DNA from: Archaeoglobus fulgidus DSM 4304
GTDB lineage: Archaea > Halobacteriota > Archaeoglobi > Archaeoglobales > Archaeoglobaceae
Reading direction: 5' to 3'
Assembly: GCF_000008665.1 (NCBI RefSeq)
Contig: NC_000917.1
Span: 510,001 to 542,000 of the forward strand
DNA length: 32,000 nucleotides
The stretch's first letter is position 1. Each line of letters begins with the position of its first letter. The position numbers and the translations under genes are program-made. Below the pieces are notes generated by a model that saw only the letters and a program-made list of their open reading frames with translations, made no database searches and was not told the origin of the DNA. Of this stretch, positions 1-8,825 are shown one piece after another.

Positions 1-1561
1 CTCAATCTCGTAGATGAGGCTGAGAAGCTCGGTATATTCATCAACGAGAAGATGCTTGAGCAAAGGTTGGGAATTCCCGTGATAAAGACAATCGCAACGG
101 AGAAGAGGGGCGTGGGTAGCCTGAAGGAGGAGATCAGAAGGAGAATTGATGGGGGAAAGGACGGCAGGCAGGTTATCAGTTCAGCCCCCAGATTGAGAAG
201 GTTGTCAAGGAAGTTGAAGAGATGCTTGAAGGAGACTACAGCATTTCCAAAAGGGCCATGGCGATTTTGCTGCTTTTAAAAGACCCCATTTCCCTTGAAA
301 TGGTTAAAAAGGAGAGAAATTATGATAAAATAGTGGAAAGGGTTAACGTCAGCGGTGTTCTCCCCTACGAAATAATGAGGGAGATTTATGAGGATGCGGA
401 AGAGATGCTAAACGGGGTTATGAGATATGAGGAGACTTCAAAAGGGTTGACAAAGAAAATAGGGGTTCTCTTCCTGAATCCGCTGTTCGGCATTCCCCTC
501 AGCATCCTGTCCCTCGCCTTTATCTACCTCCTTGCCGGGTATATCGGTGCGCAGATTCTTGTTGATTTTATAGAGACGTGGTTCGAAGAGAACATTAATT
601 CAGCTGTCAATGCCTTCCTTTACCAGAACGTTCCGAACTACTGGGATCAGGGAGTTGATCGGCGGAGATTACGGGATTATAACGCTGAGCATCAGATACG
701 CGATAGCAATAATCTTCCCGATAGTGACGACCTTCTTCCTCGCTTTTTCGATTCTGGAGGATTCAAGATTACTACCGAGAACCGCTTATCTGCTCGATGG
801 AGTCTTCAAGAAAATCGGAATGAGTTGTAGGACTGTCATCCCGCTCCTGCTCGGCACGGGTTGTGGGACGATGGCAGTCATCGTGACCAGAATTCTTGAG
901 ACATGGAGGGAGAGGATTATAGCCACGGTTTTGCTTGCTGTGGGCATACCATGCAGCGCCCAGCTTGGAGTTATGATTGGTATAGCTCCCGACTTCATAG
1001 CGATGCTGATGTGGATTTCAATCGTCACTGCGGTTCTCCTGATAACCGGATTTTTCGCTTCCAGAATTTTACCGGGAGAGGGCGGTTTTCTTCATGGAAA
1101 TTCCACCGGTGAGAGTGCCGAAGCTTGAGAATGTGTTTTACAAAACCGTGTCGAGGCTTGAGTGGTATTTCAAGGAGGTTCTGCCAATCTTCGTTCTTAT
1201 CAGCTTCCTGATATGAATTGGCAGAATAACCACAGTCTTCGATATTATAATCGCTGCACTGAGCGTTCCGGTTTCGGCTATAGGTCTGCCTGCTGAAGCT
1301 TCAAAGGTGTTCCTATATGGTTTCTTCAGGAGGGATTACGGTGCTGCAGGACTTTTCGATATTGCTGGCGAGGGTTTGCTCGGATACAATCAGATTCTGG
1401 TGGCCATGGTTACTCTTACACTCTTCGTTCCCTGCGTAGCGCAGTTCAGCGTAGTATGCAAGGAGAGAGGACTTAGACAGGGGGTGCTTGTTTTTGTGCT
1501 TTCCGTAACGATAGCCTTTACTACAGGCTTTGTAACCGCCTTAATGTTAGGGGTGGTGTGA
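1..1561 (+). pseudogene. feoB: Ferrous iron transport protein B (FeoB), C-terminal part, decayed; extends off the left edge
   Basis: FeoB-like segments occur in order in different frames: LNLVDEAEKLGIFINEKMLEQRLGIPVIKTIATEKRGVGSLKEE (from base 1), then ..LFGIPLSILSLAFIYLLAGYIGAQILVDFIE.. (222-830), then GGDYGIITLSIRYAIAIIFPIVTTFFLAFSILEDSRLLPR..GIPCSAQLG (610-1128), an in-frame TGA near 1214 after ISFLI, and the C-terminal membrane segment (1307-1561). Confidence 0.87.
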
Positions 1562-1998
1562 TTGATTTCAGAAAAAGCGGAGAATACTCTGAGAGAAATG
1601 TGGATGGCTGAAGAGGAGGGCAAGGAAGTAGATAAGAATTCCTTCGATGAGGGGGGTGATTGAGGAGCTTGAAAGGGAGGGGCTTGTGGGCGTAAAGGAC
1701 GGAAAGCTTGTTTTTACATAGGATGGGAGAAAGAGGGCTGAGAAAATCGTAAGACTTCACAGACTCGCCGAAAGGCTTCTCAGCGATATTCTTGGCTTTA
1801 AAGATGTAGAGGAGCATGCGTGCAGGTTCGAACATCTGATAGACGATGAGGCGGAGGAGGCAATCTGCACCCTTCTCGGCCATCCTCAGGTTTGTCCTCA
1901 CGGAAGGACAATTCCTGCAGGAAATTGTTGCATAATAAAAGAGACAGAGGTTGAGAGAGTAATCTACAGGCTAAGCGAACTCTCGCAGGGAGACGAGC
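1561..1998 (+). pseudogene. DtxR/MntR-family metal-dependent transcriptional repressor, decayed
   Basis: Translated pieces read ISEKAENTLREMWMAEEEGKEVDK / GVIEELEREGLVGVKDGKLVFT*DGRKRAEKIVRLHRLAERLLSDILGFKDVEEHACRFEHLIDDEAEEAICTLLGHPQVCPHGRTIPAG / VERVIYRLSELSQGDE. There is a frameshift near 1650 and an in-frame TAG at 1719-1721. Confidence 0.8.
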
Positions 1999-2043
1999 GG
2001 TATCGACACTCCCGAAAGGCTCTACGCCCCATTCATACTCGCC

Positions 2044-2328
2044 ATGACGGCAAAGGCGATGGGCGACGACGCCATCATATACTTTGTTATCAAGGGTGTA
2101 ACAGTTGTTAAAAAGGGTAACGCTGATAAGATTAAAATAGGAAACTTCCCAAGTTTGAAGGAAGTGATGGACCAGGCAGTGCAGAGTGGTGTTGAGATGA
2201 TGGTTTGCGACAGAAGCTCCGAGCTGCTGGGAATAGATAAGGGTGAAATCGTTGAAGGTGTGAAGGTTGTCGGTGCTGCAACGCTCAATCAGCTCGTGCT
2301 CGAAGCAGACGGCGTGCTGTACTTCTGA
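2044..2328 (+). CDS. DsrE/DsrF-like family protein, probably N-terminally truncated (homologous sequence GIDTPERLYAPFILA lies upstream of the first ATG)
   Basis: ORF ..TPERLYAPFILAMTAKAMGDDAIIYFVIKGVTVVKKG..LGIDKGEIVEGVKVVGAATLNQLVLEADGVLYF has the DsrE-like pattern; the open frame extends to ~1975 without ATG. Confidence 0.6.
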   Translation: MTAKAMGDDAIIYFVIKGVTVVKKGNADKIKIGNFPSLKEVMDQAVQSGVEMMVCDRSSELLGIDKGEIVEGVKVVGAATLNQLVLEADGVLYF

Positions 2329-2337
2329 GGTGGTATC

Positions 2338-3486
2338 ATGGCGTATTTCGACTACACCTCTGCAAAGCCCGTAGATGAGAGGGTTCTGGAGGCGATGCTG
2401 CCTTACATGACTGAATCATTCGGAAATCCCTCCTCCGTCCACTCCTACGGTTTTAAGGCAAGGGAGGCAGTTCAAGAGGCGAGAGAAAAGGTTGCAAAGC
2501 TCGTAAATGGCGGTGGTGGGACGGTTGTGTTCACCTCCGGTGCAACGGAGGCGAACAACTTAGCCATAATTGGCTACGCAATGAGGAATGCGAGAAAAGG
2601 CAAGCACATTCTCGTCTCGGCTGTGGAGCACATGTCTGTCATAAACCCCGCGAAGTTCCTGCAAAAGCAGGGATTTGAAGTTGAGTACATTCCTGTTGGT
2701 AAGTACGGCGAGGTTGACGTCTCCTTTATAGATCAGAAGCTCAGAGATGATACGATTCTGGTTTCCGTCCAGCATGCAAACAATGAAATCGGAACAATCC
2801 AGCCTGTAGAGGAAATTTCCGAAGTTCTGGCTGGAAAAGCGGCTCTGCACATTGATGCCACAGCCTCGGTCGGGCAGATTGAGGTGGATGTTGAGAAGAT
2901 CGGTGCTGATATGCTGACTATTTCAAGCAACGACATTTACGGCCCCAAAGGAGTGGGGGCGCTCTGGATAAGGAAGGAGGCGAAACTTCAGCCCGTAATC
3001 CTCGGAGGTGGGCAGGAAAACGGACTCAGGAGCGGGAGCGAGAACGTTCCTTCGATAGTAGGTTTTGGGAAAGCTGCCGAAATCACGGCAATGGAGTGGA
3101 GAGAAGAAGCCGAGAGGCTCAGAAGGTTGAGAGATAGGATAATCGATAACGTTCTGAAAATTGAGGAAAGCTACCTAAACGGCCATCCTGAAAAAAGGCT
3201 GCCCAACAATGTAAACGTTAGATTCAGCTACATTGAGGGGGAGTCAATCGTTTTGAGCCTTGACATGGCGGGAATTCAGGCTTCAACCGGCTCGGCGTGC
3301 AGCTCAAAAACCTTGCAGCCAAGCCATGTTCTCATGGCGTGCGGGCTGAAGCATGAGGAGGCGCACGGCACTCTGCTTTTGACGCTGGGCAGATACAACA
3401 CTGACGAAGATGTTGACAGGCTGCTTGAGGTGCTGCCGGGCGTTATTGAGAGGCTGAGGAGCATGTCTCCTCTCTACAGGAGGTGA
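2338..3486 (+). CDS. iscS: Cysteine desulfurase IscS/NifS family
   Basis: Full-length 382 aa class-V aminotransferase fold; [23 protein letters not shown] active-site Cys loop; the usual SxHK(I/M)xGPKG motif reads [10 protein letters not shown]. Confidence 0.95.
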
Positions 3487-3491
3487 GGGCT

Positions 3492-3953
3492 ATGTATAGC
3501 GACAAGGTTTTCGACCACTTCCAGAATCCGAGGAATGTCGGAAAGATTGAGGATGCTGATGGTGTGGGAACTGTCGGCAATCCAGTTTGCGGGGATTTGA
3601 TGACCATTTACATTAAAGTGAAGGACAACAGAATTGAGGATATCAAGTTCCAGACCTTTGGCTGCGCTGCTGCCATTGCAACCAGCAGCATGGCCACTGA
3701 GATGGCGAAGGGGAAAACTATAGAGGAAGCTCTGAAAATTACAAGAGATGCTGTTGCCGAAGCCCTTGGCGGTTTGCCGAAGCAGAAAATGCACTGCTCC
3801 AACTTGGCCGCAGATGCGCTGAGGAGGGCAATAGTTGACTACTTTAGAAAAAATGGAAAAATTGATAAGATAAAGGAGTTAGGTCTGGAAAAGGAACTTG
3901 AGAAGATGGAGAAGGGTGAGATGGACGACCACGGAGAGTATTGTGAGGCTTGA
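3492..3953 (+). CDS. iscU: Fe-S cluster assembly scaffold IscU/NifU
   Basis: MYSDKVFDHFQNPRNVG.. with NPVCGDL, FGCAAAIATSS, KMHCSNLA motifs (three conserved Cys and Asp). The track ORF starts at 3483; the ATG at 3492 fits homologs better. Confidence 0.94.
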   Translation: MYSDKVFDHFQNPRNVGKIEDADGVGTVGNPVCGDLMTIYIKVKDNRIEDIKFQTFGCAAAIATSSMATEMAKGKTIEEALKITRDAVAEALGGLPKQKMHCSNLAADALRRAIVDYFRKNGKIDKIKELGLEKELEKMEKGEMDDHGEYCEA

Positions 3954-3956
3954 GCC

Positions 3957-4295
3957 ATGAAACCGCACTGCGTGATGATGGTGAAATACGTACTCCCCGC
4001 CCTGAGGGCGAAGGTTGCGCTTGAGCTAATAGATAGAGGTTACAGGGTAAAGGATGTTGCAGATTTGCTCGGGTTGACACAGGCAGCAGTTTCGCAGTAC
4101 CTCAAGAGCAAAAGGGGACAGAGGGGAATGGAGATTCTATCAAAGTCTGAGAAAGCACATGAGGTTGTTAAGGAGCTTGTGGAGAACCTCGCTTCTGGCA
4201 AAATAACCATCGAAGACGAGGTGGATTACCTCTGCAGAGTTTGCGAAATTCTAAGAGAAGAGGGGCTCATCGAGGAAGAGATGTATTCCGTTTGA
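3957..4295 (+). CDS. HTH transcriptional regulator (COG2522-like, XRE-type HTH)
   Basis: 112 aa with YRVKDVADLLGLTQAAVSQYLKSKRG HTH; the gene starts 1-3 nt after the iscU stop region. Confidence 0.75.
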   Translation: MKPHCVMMVKYVLPALRAKVALELIDRGYRVKDVADLLGLTQAAVSQYLKSKRGQRGMEILSKSEKAHEVVKELVENLASGKITIEDEVDYLCRVCEILREEGLIEEEMYSV

Positions 4296-4311
4296 GCTGG
4301 GCATCTTTAGC

Positions 4312-5445
4312 TCAAGATGTTCTGGCCTCACGGAGTATTGCTCCAGCCACTTCTTTCCATTTTTCTCTCAGCTGTACTGTCAGTCCTTTTTCACAAAGCT
4401 TGAACGTGTACAGGTCCTCAAAGATTTCAAGTTCCCTCTCGGGATGCTCAAGAATTTGCCAGTACATATCGAATGTCAGATACATTGACGTGACTTTGTA
4501 CCTGCTCACGGCCTCCATGGCTGCTATAACGTCCCATCTCGAAAGCAAAGCAACAGTTGAGTCTGAAATTGTCGAAGACAGGACAGCATTGTCATGTCCC
4601 GCAACCCAGAATATTGGCATCACTCTTAGGTTGATCTCATCTTCTGTGAGTTTTGAAGCAAATTCCTTGAAATCAACCTTCTTACTCGGATATTCCTCCA
4701 CCAGAAGGTGTGCTGAACTGTAGGTCCAACGCTTGCGGCTTTGTACAAAAACCACCATGCTTGTGCGGCACTGCCTTCGGACTCGAGTCGTCCCACTCGT
4801 GAAGAATATCGTTGCGCAATTATCCAGGTCAACATCAACTTTGGTTTACGGGCTGAAGCGTCGTCGATTGATCCTTCAGTCCCTTATCAGTATTTGAACC
4901 CGTCATCGAGTGGTGGACAGGTATCTCCGGGTTTTCAGACAAGAACTCGACAAAGCTTGTGGGTATTACTACGCACTCTAAGGACAAGCTGCCAACAACT
5001 CTTTTTGACTAAGGGAAGCAGTGCATCAAGCAATACCACTGCCTTTGGCTTCACTTCTTTGAAGTAAAACTCTAGTTCAGGCTCTTTTAGTATTGGATTG
5101 AGCGAAACAACGCAACCGCCCGCCTTATGCGTTCCAAAAAGAGCAATGTAGTACTGCGGGCAATTAGGAAGCAGCAAAGCTGTTCTATCTCCTCTTGCGA
5201 ATCTGTTCGAGAGCAGAAAATTTGCAAACTTATTTGTCAGTTCACCCATCTCTCCATAGCTTGTTCTCCTTCCATAGTAAATGATATAGCCTTTTTCCTG
5301 GATTTTTCTCCGCGTAAATGTCCAGATGATTAAAAAGAGGTATCTTTCCAAGCGGATAAACAGGCTCTTTTGGCGGGCATGGATGGGGCCAAATTTCATC
5401 CCATTTTCTGGATTGCTCTTTAAAATACGAGTCCTCGTCTATCAT
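4312..5445 (-). pseudogene. AMP-binding acyl-CoA synthetase (long-chain fatty acid-CoA ligase-like), frameshifted and missing its C-terminal half
   Basis: Minus-strand fragments in N-to-C order: MIDEDSYFKEQSRKWDEIWPHPCPPKEPVYPLGKIPLFNHLDIYAEKNPGKR (5445-5242), YIIYYGRRTSYGEMGELTNKFANFLLSN..GDRTALLLPNCPQYYIALFGTHKAGGCVVSLNPILKEPELEFYFKEVKPKAVV (5399-4935), then MPIFWVAGHDNAVLSS..SRWDVIAAMEAVSRYKVTSMYLTFDMYWQIL..LREKWKEVAGAILREA (4758-4312); coding homology stops there. Confidence 0.85.
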
Positions 5446-5560
5446 AATTTAGAATTGTGTCTTTGGTATAGGTCTCTTTTGATGCCACTGCAAATTTCAG
5501 AGCCAAACTAACTGGTCAACACCACAAACCTCATAAATCCAATTAATCAATAGGCCCTGA

Positions 5561-5643
5561 GCGGGGGTTGCCGAGCGGACAAAGGCGCGGGATTCAGGGT
5601 CCCGTCCCGTAGGGGTTCGAGGGTTCGAATCCCTCCCCCCGCA
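5561..5643 (+). tRNA. tRNA-Leu (anticodon CAG), CCA not encoded
   Basis: GCGGGGG..CCCCCGC acceptor stem, A discriminator, anticodon arm GGGATTCAGGGTCCC, long variable arm, GGGTTCGAATCCC T-arm. The upstream sequence CATAAATCCAATTAAT is promoter-like. Confidence 0.93.
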
Positions 5644-5929
5644 CTGAATTCGGTTTTGGAGGAGTTTGAAAGCTTCAAGAAGCATGTTCAGCTAAAAATA
5701 TCTCTGAAGCTGGAATTTAATCTTGAGGATTACATACGGTTATCATGGTTTTTTACTCTTCTTCTTGCTCCTTCACAACCTCAAGATCTCCAGCATCGAT
5801 CATCCTTACCTCCGGACATTTGAGCTCCTCAACTATTATCAGCTGTTGATTTTCTGCAGTTTTTATTAGTCCTTGCCAAGTAGTTATCATTCGCGGAATA
5901 TTTTCTTAAACACTTTATCATAATAGAAT

Positions 5930-5950
5930 CCGAAAAACTTAAATATTATA
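5930..5950 (+). promoter_or_regulatory. Probable archaeal BRE/TATA promoter for the RHH-ftsZ unit
   Basis: CGAAAAACTTAAATATTATAATG in an AT-rich stretch ~100 nt upstream of the RHH ORF. Confidence 0.5.
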
Positions 5951-5986
5951 ATGTCGGACAATTGATACCAGCTGAAGGACAAAGTC

Positions 5987-6019
5987 GGACAGATGGAGAC
6001 ACCAGTCCTCCATCTGTCC
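5987..6019. promoter_or_regulatory. Perfect 12-bp inverted repeat GGACAGATGGAG-N9-CTCCATCTGTCC
   Basis: Arms 5987-5998 and 6008-6019, separated by ACACCAGTC; the related half-motif TCGGACA also occurs just upstream (GTCGGACAATTG at ~5953 and GTCGGACAG at ~5984). Confidence 0.7.
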
Positions 6020-6050
6020 TCCGATGTAGGGCAATATTTCCGGTGGAAGG

Positions 6051-6233
6051 ATGCCGCCAACGAGAAAGATTAGCATAAGGCTCACGGAGAAGTATTACAC
6101 GAAGCTCGAACTCCTCGTGGAGAGCGGGGAGTTCACTTCAGTTAGCGAAGCTGTCAGGGAAGCTGTGAAGCTTCTTCTGGAGAAGTACAAGGAGCAGCTT
6201 GAGAGTATTGCCCAGATGGATACTTATCGTTAG
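6051..6233 (+). CDS. Ribbon-helix-helix (CopG-type) DNA-binding protein, CdrS-like by position next to ftsZ
   Basis: 60 aa RKISIRLTEKYYTKLELLVESGEFTSVSEAVREAVKLLLEKY, the canonical RHH pattern, immediately upstream of ftsZ. Confidence 0.85.
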   Translation: MPPTRKISIRLTEKYYTKLELLVESGEFTSVSEAVREAVKLLLEKYKEQLESIAQMDTYR

Positions 6234-6245
6234 GAGGTTGTTGGT

Positions 6246-7424
6246 ATGAAGAGTATTGTGAGTAAGGCCCAGCAGTATTTGGAGCAGGAGAGGAATAGCA
6301 GGTTTAGCGAGGAGATAAAGGACTTCGAGACGCCGAAAATTGTGGTGGTTGGCTGTGGAGGTAGCGGGAACAACACTGTCCACAGACTGTCGAATATGAA
6401 TGTGTCGAGCGCCATGACCATTGCAATCAACACGGACAAGCAGCAGCTTTTGAGGACTAAGGCTGACAAGAGAGTGCTGATAGGGAGGAGCATAACGAGG
6501 GGGCTTGGTGCAGGAGGTTATCCCGAGATTGGAAGGAAGGCTGCTGAGCTGGCCAGAAACGTCCTTGAGGATTTGCTCTGCGATTCTGACATGGTTTTCG
6601 TCTGCGCCGGAATGGGAGGTGGGACTGGAACGGGCTCCGCCCCTGTTGTGGCAGATGTGGCCAAGAAGCAGGGAGCTATAGTCATAGGCTTTGCCCAGAT
6701 GCCCTTCAGAGTTGAGAGGGCGAGAATTCAGAAAGCTTTGGACGGTCTTGAGGAAATGAAGGAGGTTTGCGACACTGTTGTTGTTCTGGATAACAACAAG
6801 CTGCTGGATTACTACCCCAACCTGCCCATCGATGCGGCTTTCAGCGTTATGGACCAGCTCATAGCTGAAACGATTAAGGGCATATCTGACACGATAACAA
6901 TCCCTTCGCTCGTGAACATCGACTTTGCGGATGTGAAGGCGATAATGGGTCACGGTGGAGTTGCCGTGATGCTTGTTGGAGAGGCGAAGGCTCAGGACAA
7001 GGCCAATGCGGTTGTAAGGGACTGCTTATCCCACCCGCTGCTTGATGTTGACTACAGAGGGGCAACTGGCTCTCTCGTGCACATCTCGGGCGGGCACGAT
7101 TTAACTCTAAAGGAGGCCGAGGAGATTATCAGAAATCTCACCTTCGAGATTGATGACTACGCCAACGTCATATGGGGAGCGAGGATTGACAAGGAGTTTG
7201 AGGGCTTTGTGAGAGTGGTTTCGATAATGACGGGAATAAAGGACAGGGACTTCGTCGGTTCATTAAGCTACGAGAACGTGCTGCAAAAGCAAAAATTGAG
7301 AGATATCAGAGTTGAGAGCCGGAACAACGGTGAGAAACTCAGAAAGCAGCAGAGCTTCTCTGAACCTGTGAAATTCAGGAGGGAGAAGCAGAAAGTTTCG
7401 ATTCCCATCATCGACAGGCTTTAA
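6246..7424 (+). CDS. ftsZ: Cell division GTPase FtsZ (archaeal, probably FtsZ2 group)
   Basis: [31 protein letters not shown] tubulin signature, [17 protein letters not shown]. Confidence 0.95.
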
Positions 7425-7448
7425 AATCCAATTTTTTCTATTTTTTGT

Positions 7449-7742
7449 ATGATTGTTGAAATTTCCGCAGTACCAATTGGTGTTGGTGAATCTCTCAGCA
7501 GCTTCGTTGCGAGGGTTATTGAGGTTCTGAAGGAGGAGGGGGTGAATTACAGCCTCGGGCCAATGGGGACCTCCTTTGAGGTGGAAAACTTCGGCAGACT
7601 CGCTGAAATCCTTGAGAAGGTTGACAGAGCGCTCTTTGAAGCTGGCTCGCCGAGAAACTACTACGTCATCAAGATAGACAACAGGGCTAAGGGGGGCAGG
7701 ATGGCAGACAAGGTGAAGGCGGTTGAAGAAAAGCTGAAATGA
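7449..7742 (+). CDS. MTH1187/YkoF-type thiamine-binding-family protein (UPF0045-like)
   Basis: MIVEISAVPIGVGESLSSFVARVIEVLKEEGVNYSLGPMGTSFEV.. Confidence 0.8.
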   Translation: MIVEISAVPIGVGESLSSFVARVIEVLKEEGVNYSLGPMGTSFEVENFGRLAEILEKVDRALFEAGSPRNYYVIKIDNRAKGGRMADKVKAVEEKLK

Positions 7743-7776
7743 GTAACTGATTTATCCTCCAGAAACCACTCTTTTT

Positions 7777-8385
7777 GTGATTGTCAAGATTGGAGGGAGC
7801 GTGGCTGACAGGCTTGAGGTAGTATTTGAGGCCCTTGAAAATCTTCAGAGAGTTTACGCTATTCCAGGAGGGTGGATTTTTGCTGATCTGGTCAGGAAAA
7901 TTGATGCCGAAAAGAGGTTAAGCTCCTCAACCTCCCACTGGATGGCCATCACTGCGATGAGCGCCTACGGATTCTATATGGCAGAGACCGCCAGCAGGTT
8001 TGGTTTCAAGGTTATTGAGCCTGAAGACTTCAACTTTCCCGATGCAAAGGCAGTGCTTTTGCCCTACCGTCTGCTGAGAAAGTACGATGAGCTCCCGCAC
8101 TCGTGGGAGGTTACATCCGACAGCATAGCTGTGTGGATTGCGGCGAAGGCCGGCTTTACTGAGATTGTGAAGGTTACGGCTGCTGGTGGTGTAAAAGAGC
8201 TCGACGGCAAAATTGTTGAAGAGGTGCGGGCTTCGGAGCTGAAGACCGATGTGGTTGACGGCTACACACCCAAACTGCTGGTAAAATACGGAATTAACAT
8301 GTTTGTTTGCTCGCCAGAGGAGCTAAAAAATTATATATTGAGAGGAAGAGGCAGAGGCACGCTAATAGTGGGAGGTGAGCGATGA
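7777..8385 (+). CDS. Amino-acid-kinase family protein, possibly the methanofuran-pathway kinase MfnE
   Basis: GTG start; [11 protein letters not shown].., [14 protein letters not shown].., [28 protein letters not shown]. The MfnE assignment is inference from sequence style and organism. Confidence 0.6.
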   Translation: MIVKIGGSVADRLEVVFEALENLQRVYAIPGGWIFADLVRKIDAEKRLSSSTSHWMAITAMSAYGFYMAETASRFGFKVIEPEDFNFPDAKAVLLPYRLLRKYDELPHSWEVTSDSIAVWIAAKAGFTEIVKVTAAGGVKELDGKIVEEVRASELKTDVVDGYTPKLLVKYGINMFVCSPEELKNYILRGRGRGTLIVGGER

Positions 8386-8546
8386 TGGATATAACAAGAT
8401 GCGTGAGCTGTGGAGCAGTCCTCGTGGGCGCTAACTACGTTGCTTTCCCCTGTCCGGAATGTGGTGAGATGATTTACCGCTGCAAGAAGTGCAGAAGGCT
8501 GAGCAATCCCTACGTATGCGAGAGCTGCGGGTTCGAGGGACCTTAA
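8382..8546 (+). CDS. Small zinc-ribbon protein, 54 aa (absent from the supplied ORF track)
   Basis: [54 protein letters not shown]: four CxxC pairs, ATG overlapping the upstream stop region. Confidence 0.85.
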   Translation: MMDITRCVSCGAVLVGANYVAFPCPECGEMIYRCKKCRRLSNPYVCESCGFEGP

Positions 8547-8558
8547 GGAGGTGGTTGA

Positions 8559-8825
8559 ATGGGTAGCGTAATGATGAAGATTAGAGTGATGCCCAGCGAC
8601 GTTGATGTTGACCTCAACGAGGTTCTGGAGAAAATCAAGAACATCCAGATGGAAGGTGTGGAAATCAGAGATTCGGCAATTCAGCCCATTGCTTTTGGCC
8701 TGAAAGCTATCGTTCTCATGGCAGTTATGCCCGACATGGAGGGCATTGGCGACAGGTACATCGAGGAGATTGGCAAGATTGAGGGAGTGGAGAGCGTCGA
8801 GATAGAGGACATGGAGCTTCTATGA
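8559..8825 (+). CDS. ef1b: Elongation factor 1-beta (aEF-1B)
   Basis: MGSVMMKIRVMPSDVDVDLNEVLEKI..EIRDSAIQPIAFGLKAIVLMAVMPDMEG..IEGVESVEIEDMELL. Confidence 0.93.
   Translation: MGSVMMKIRVMPSDVDVDLNEVLEKIKNIQMEGVEIRDSAIQPIAFGLKAIVLMAVMPDMEGIGDRYIEEIGKIEGVESVEIEDMELL

Noticed and set aside
4241-5067. Plus-strand ORFs of 160 and 108 aa
   Set aside because: They are antisense to the decayed acyl-CoA synthetase; the coding signal is on the minus strand.
6138-6953. 271-aa minus-strand ORF
   Set aside because: Antisense to ftsZ and its RHH neighbour, which have clear conserved motifs.
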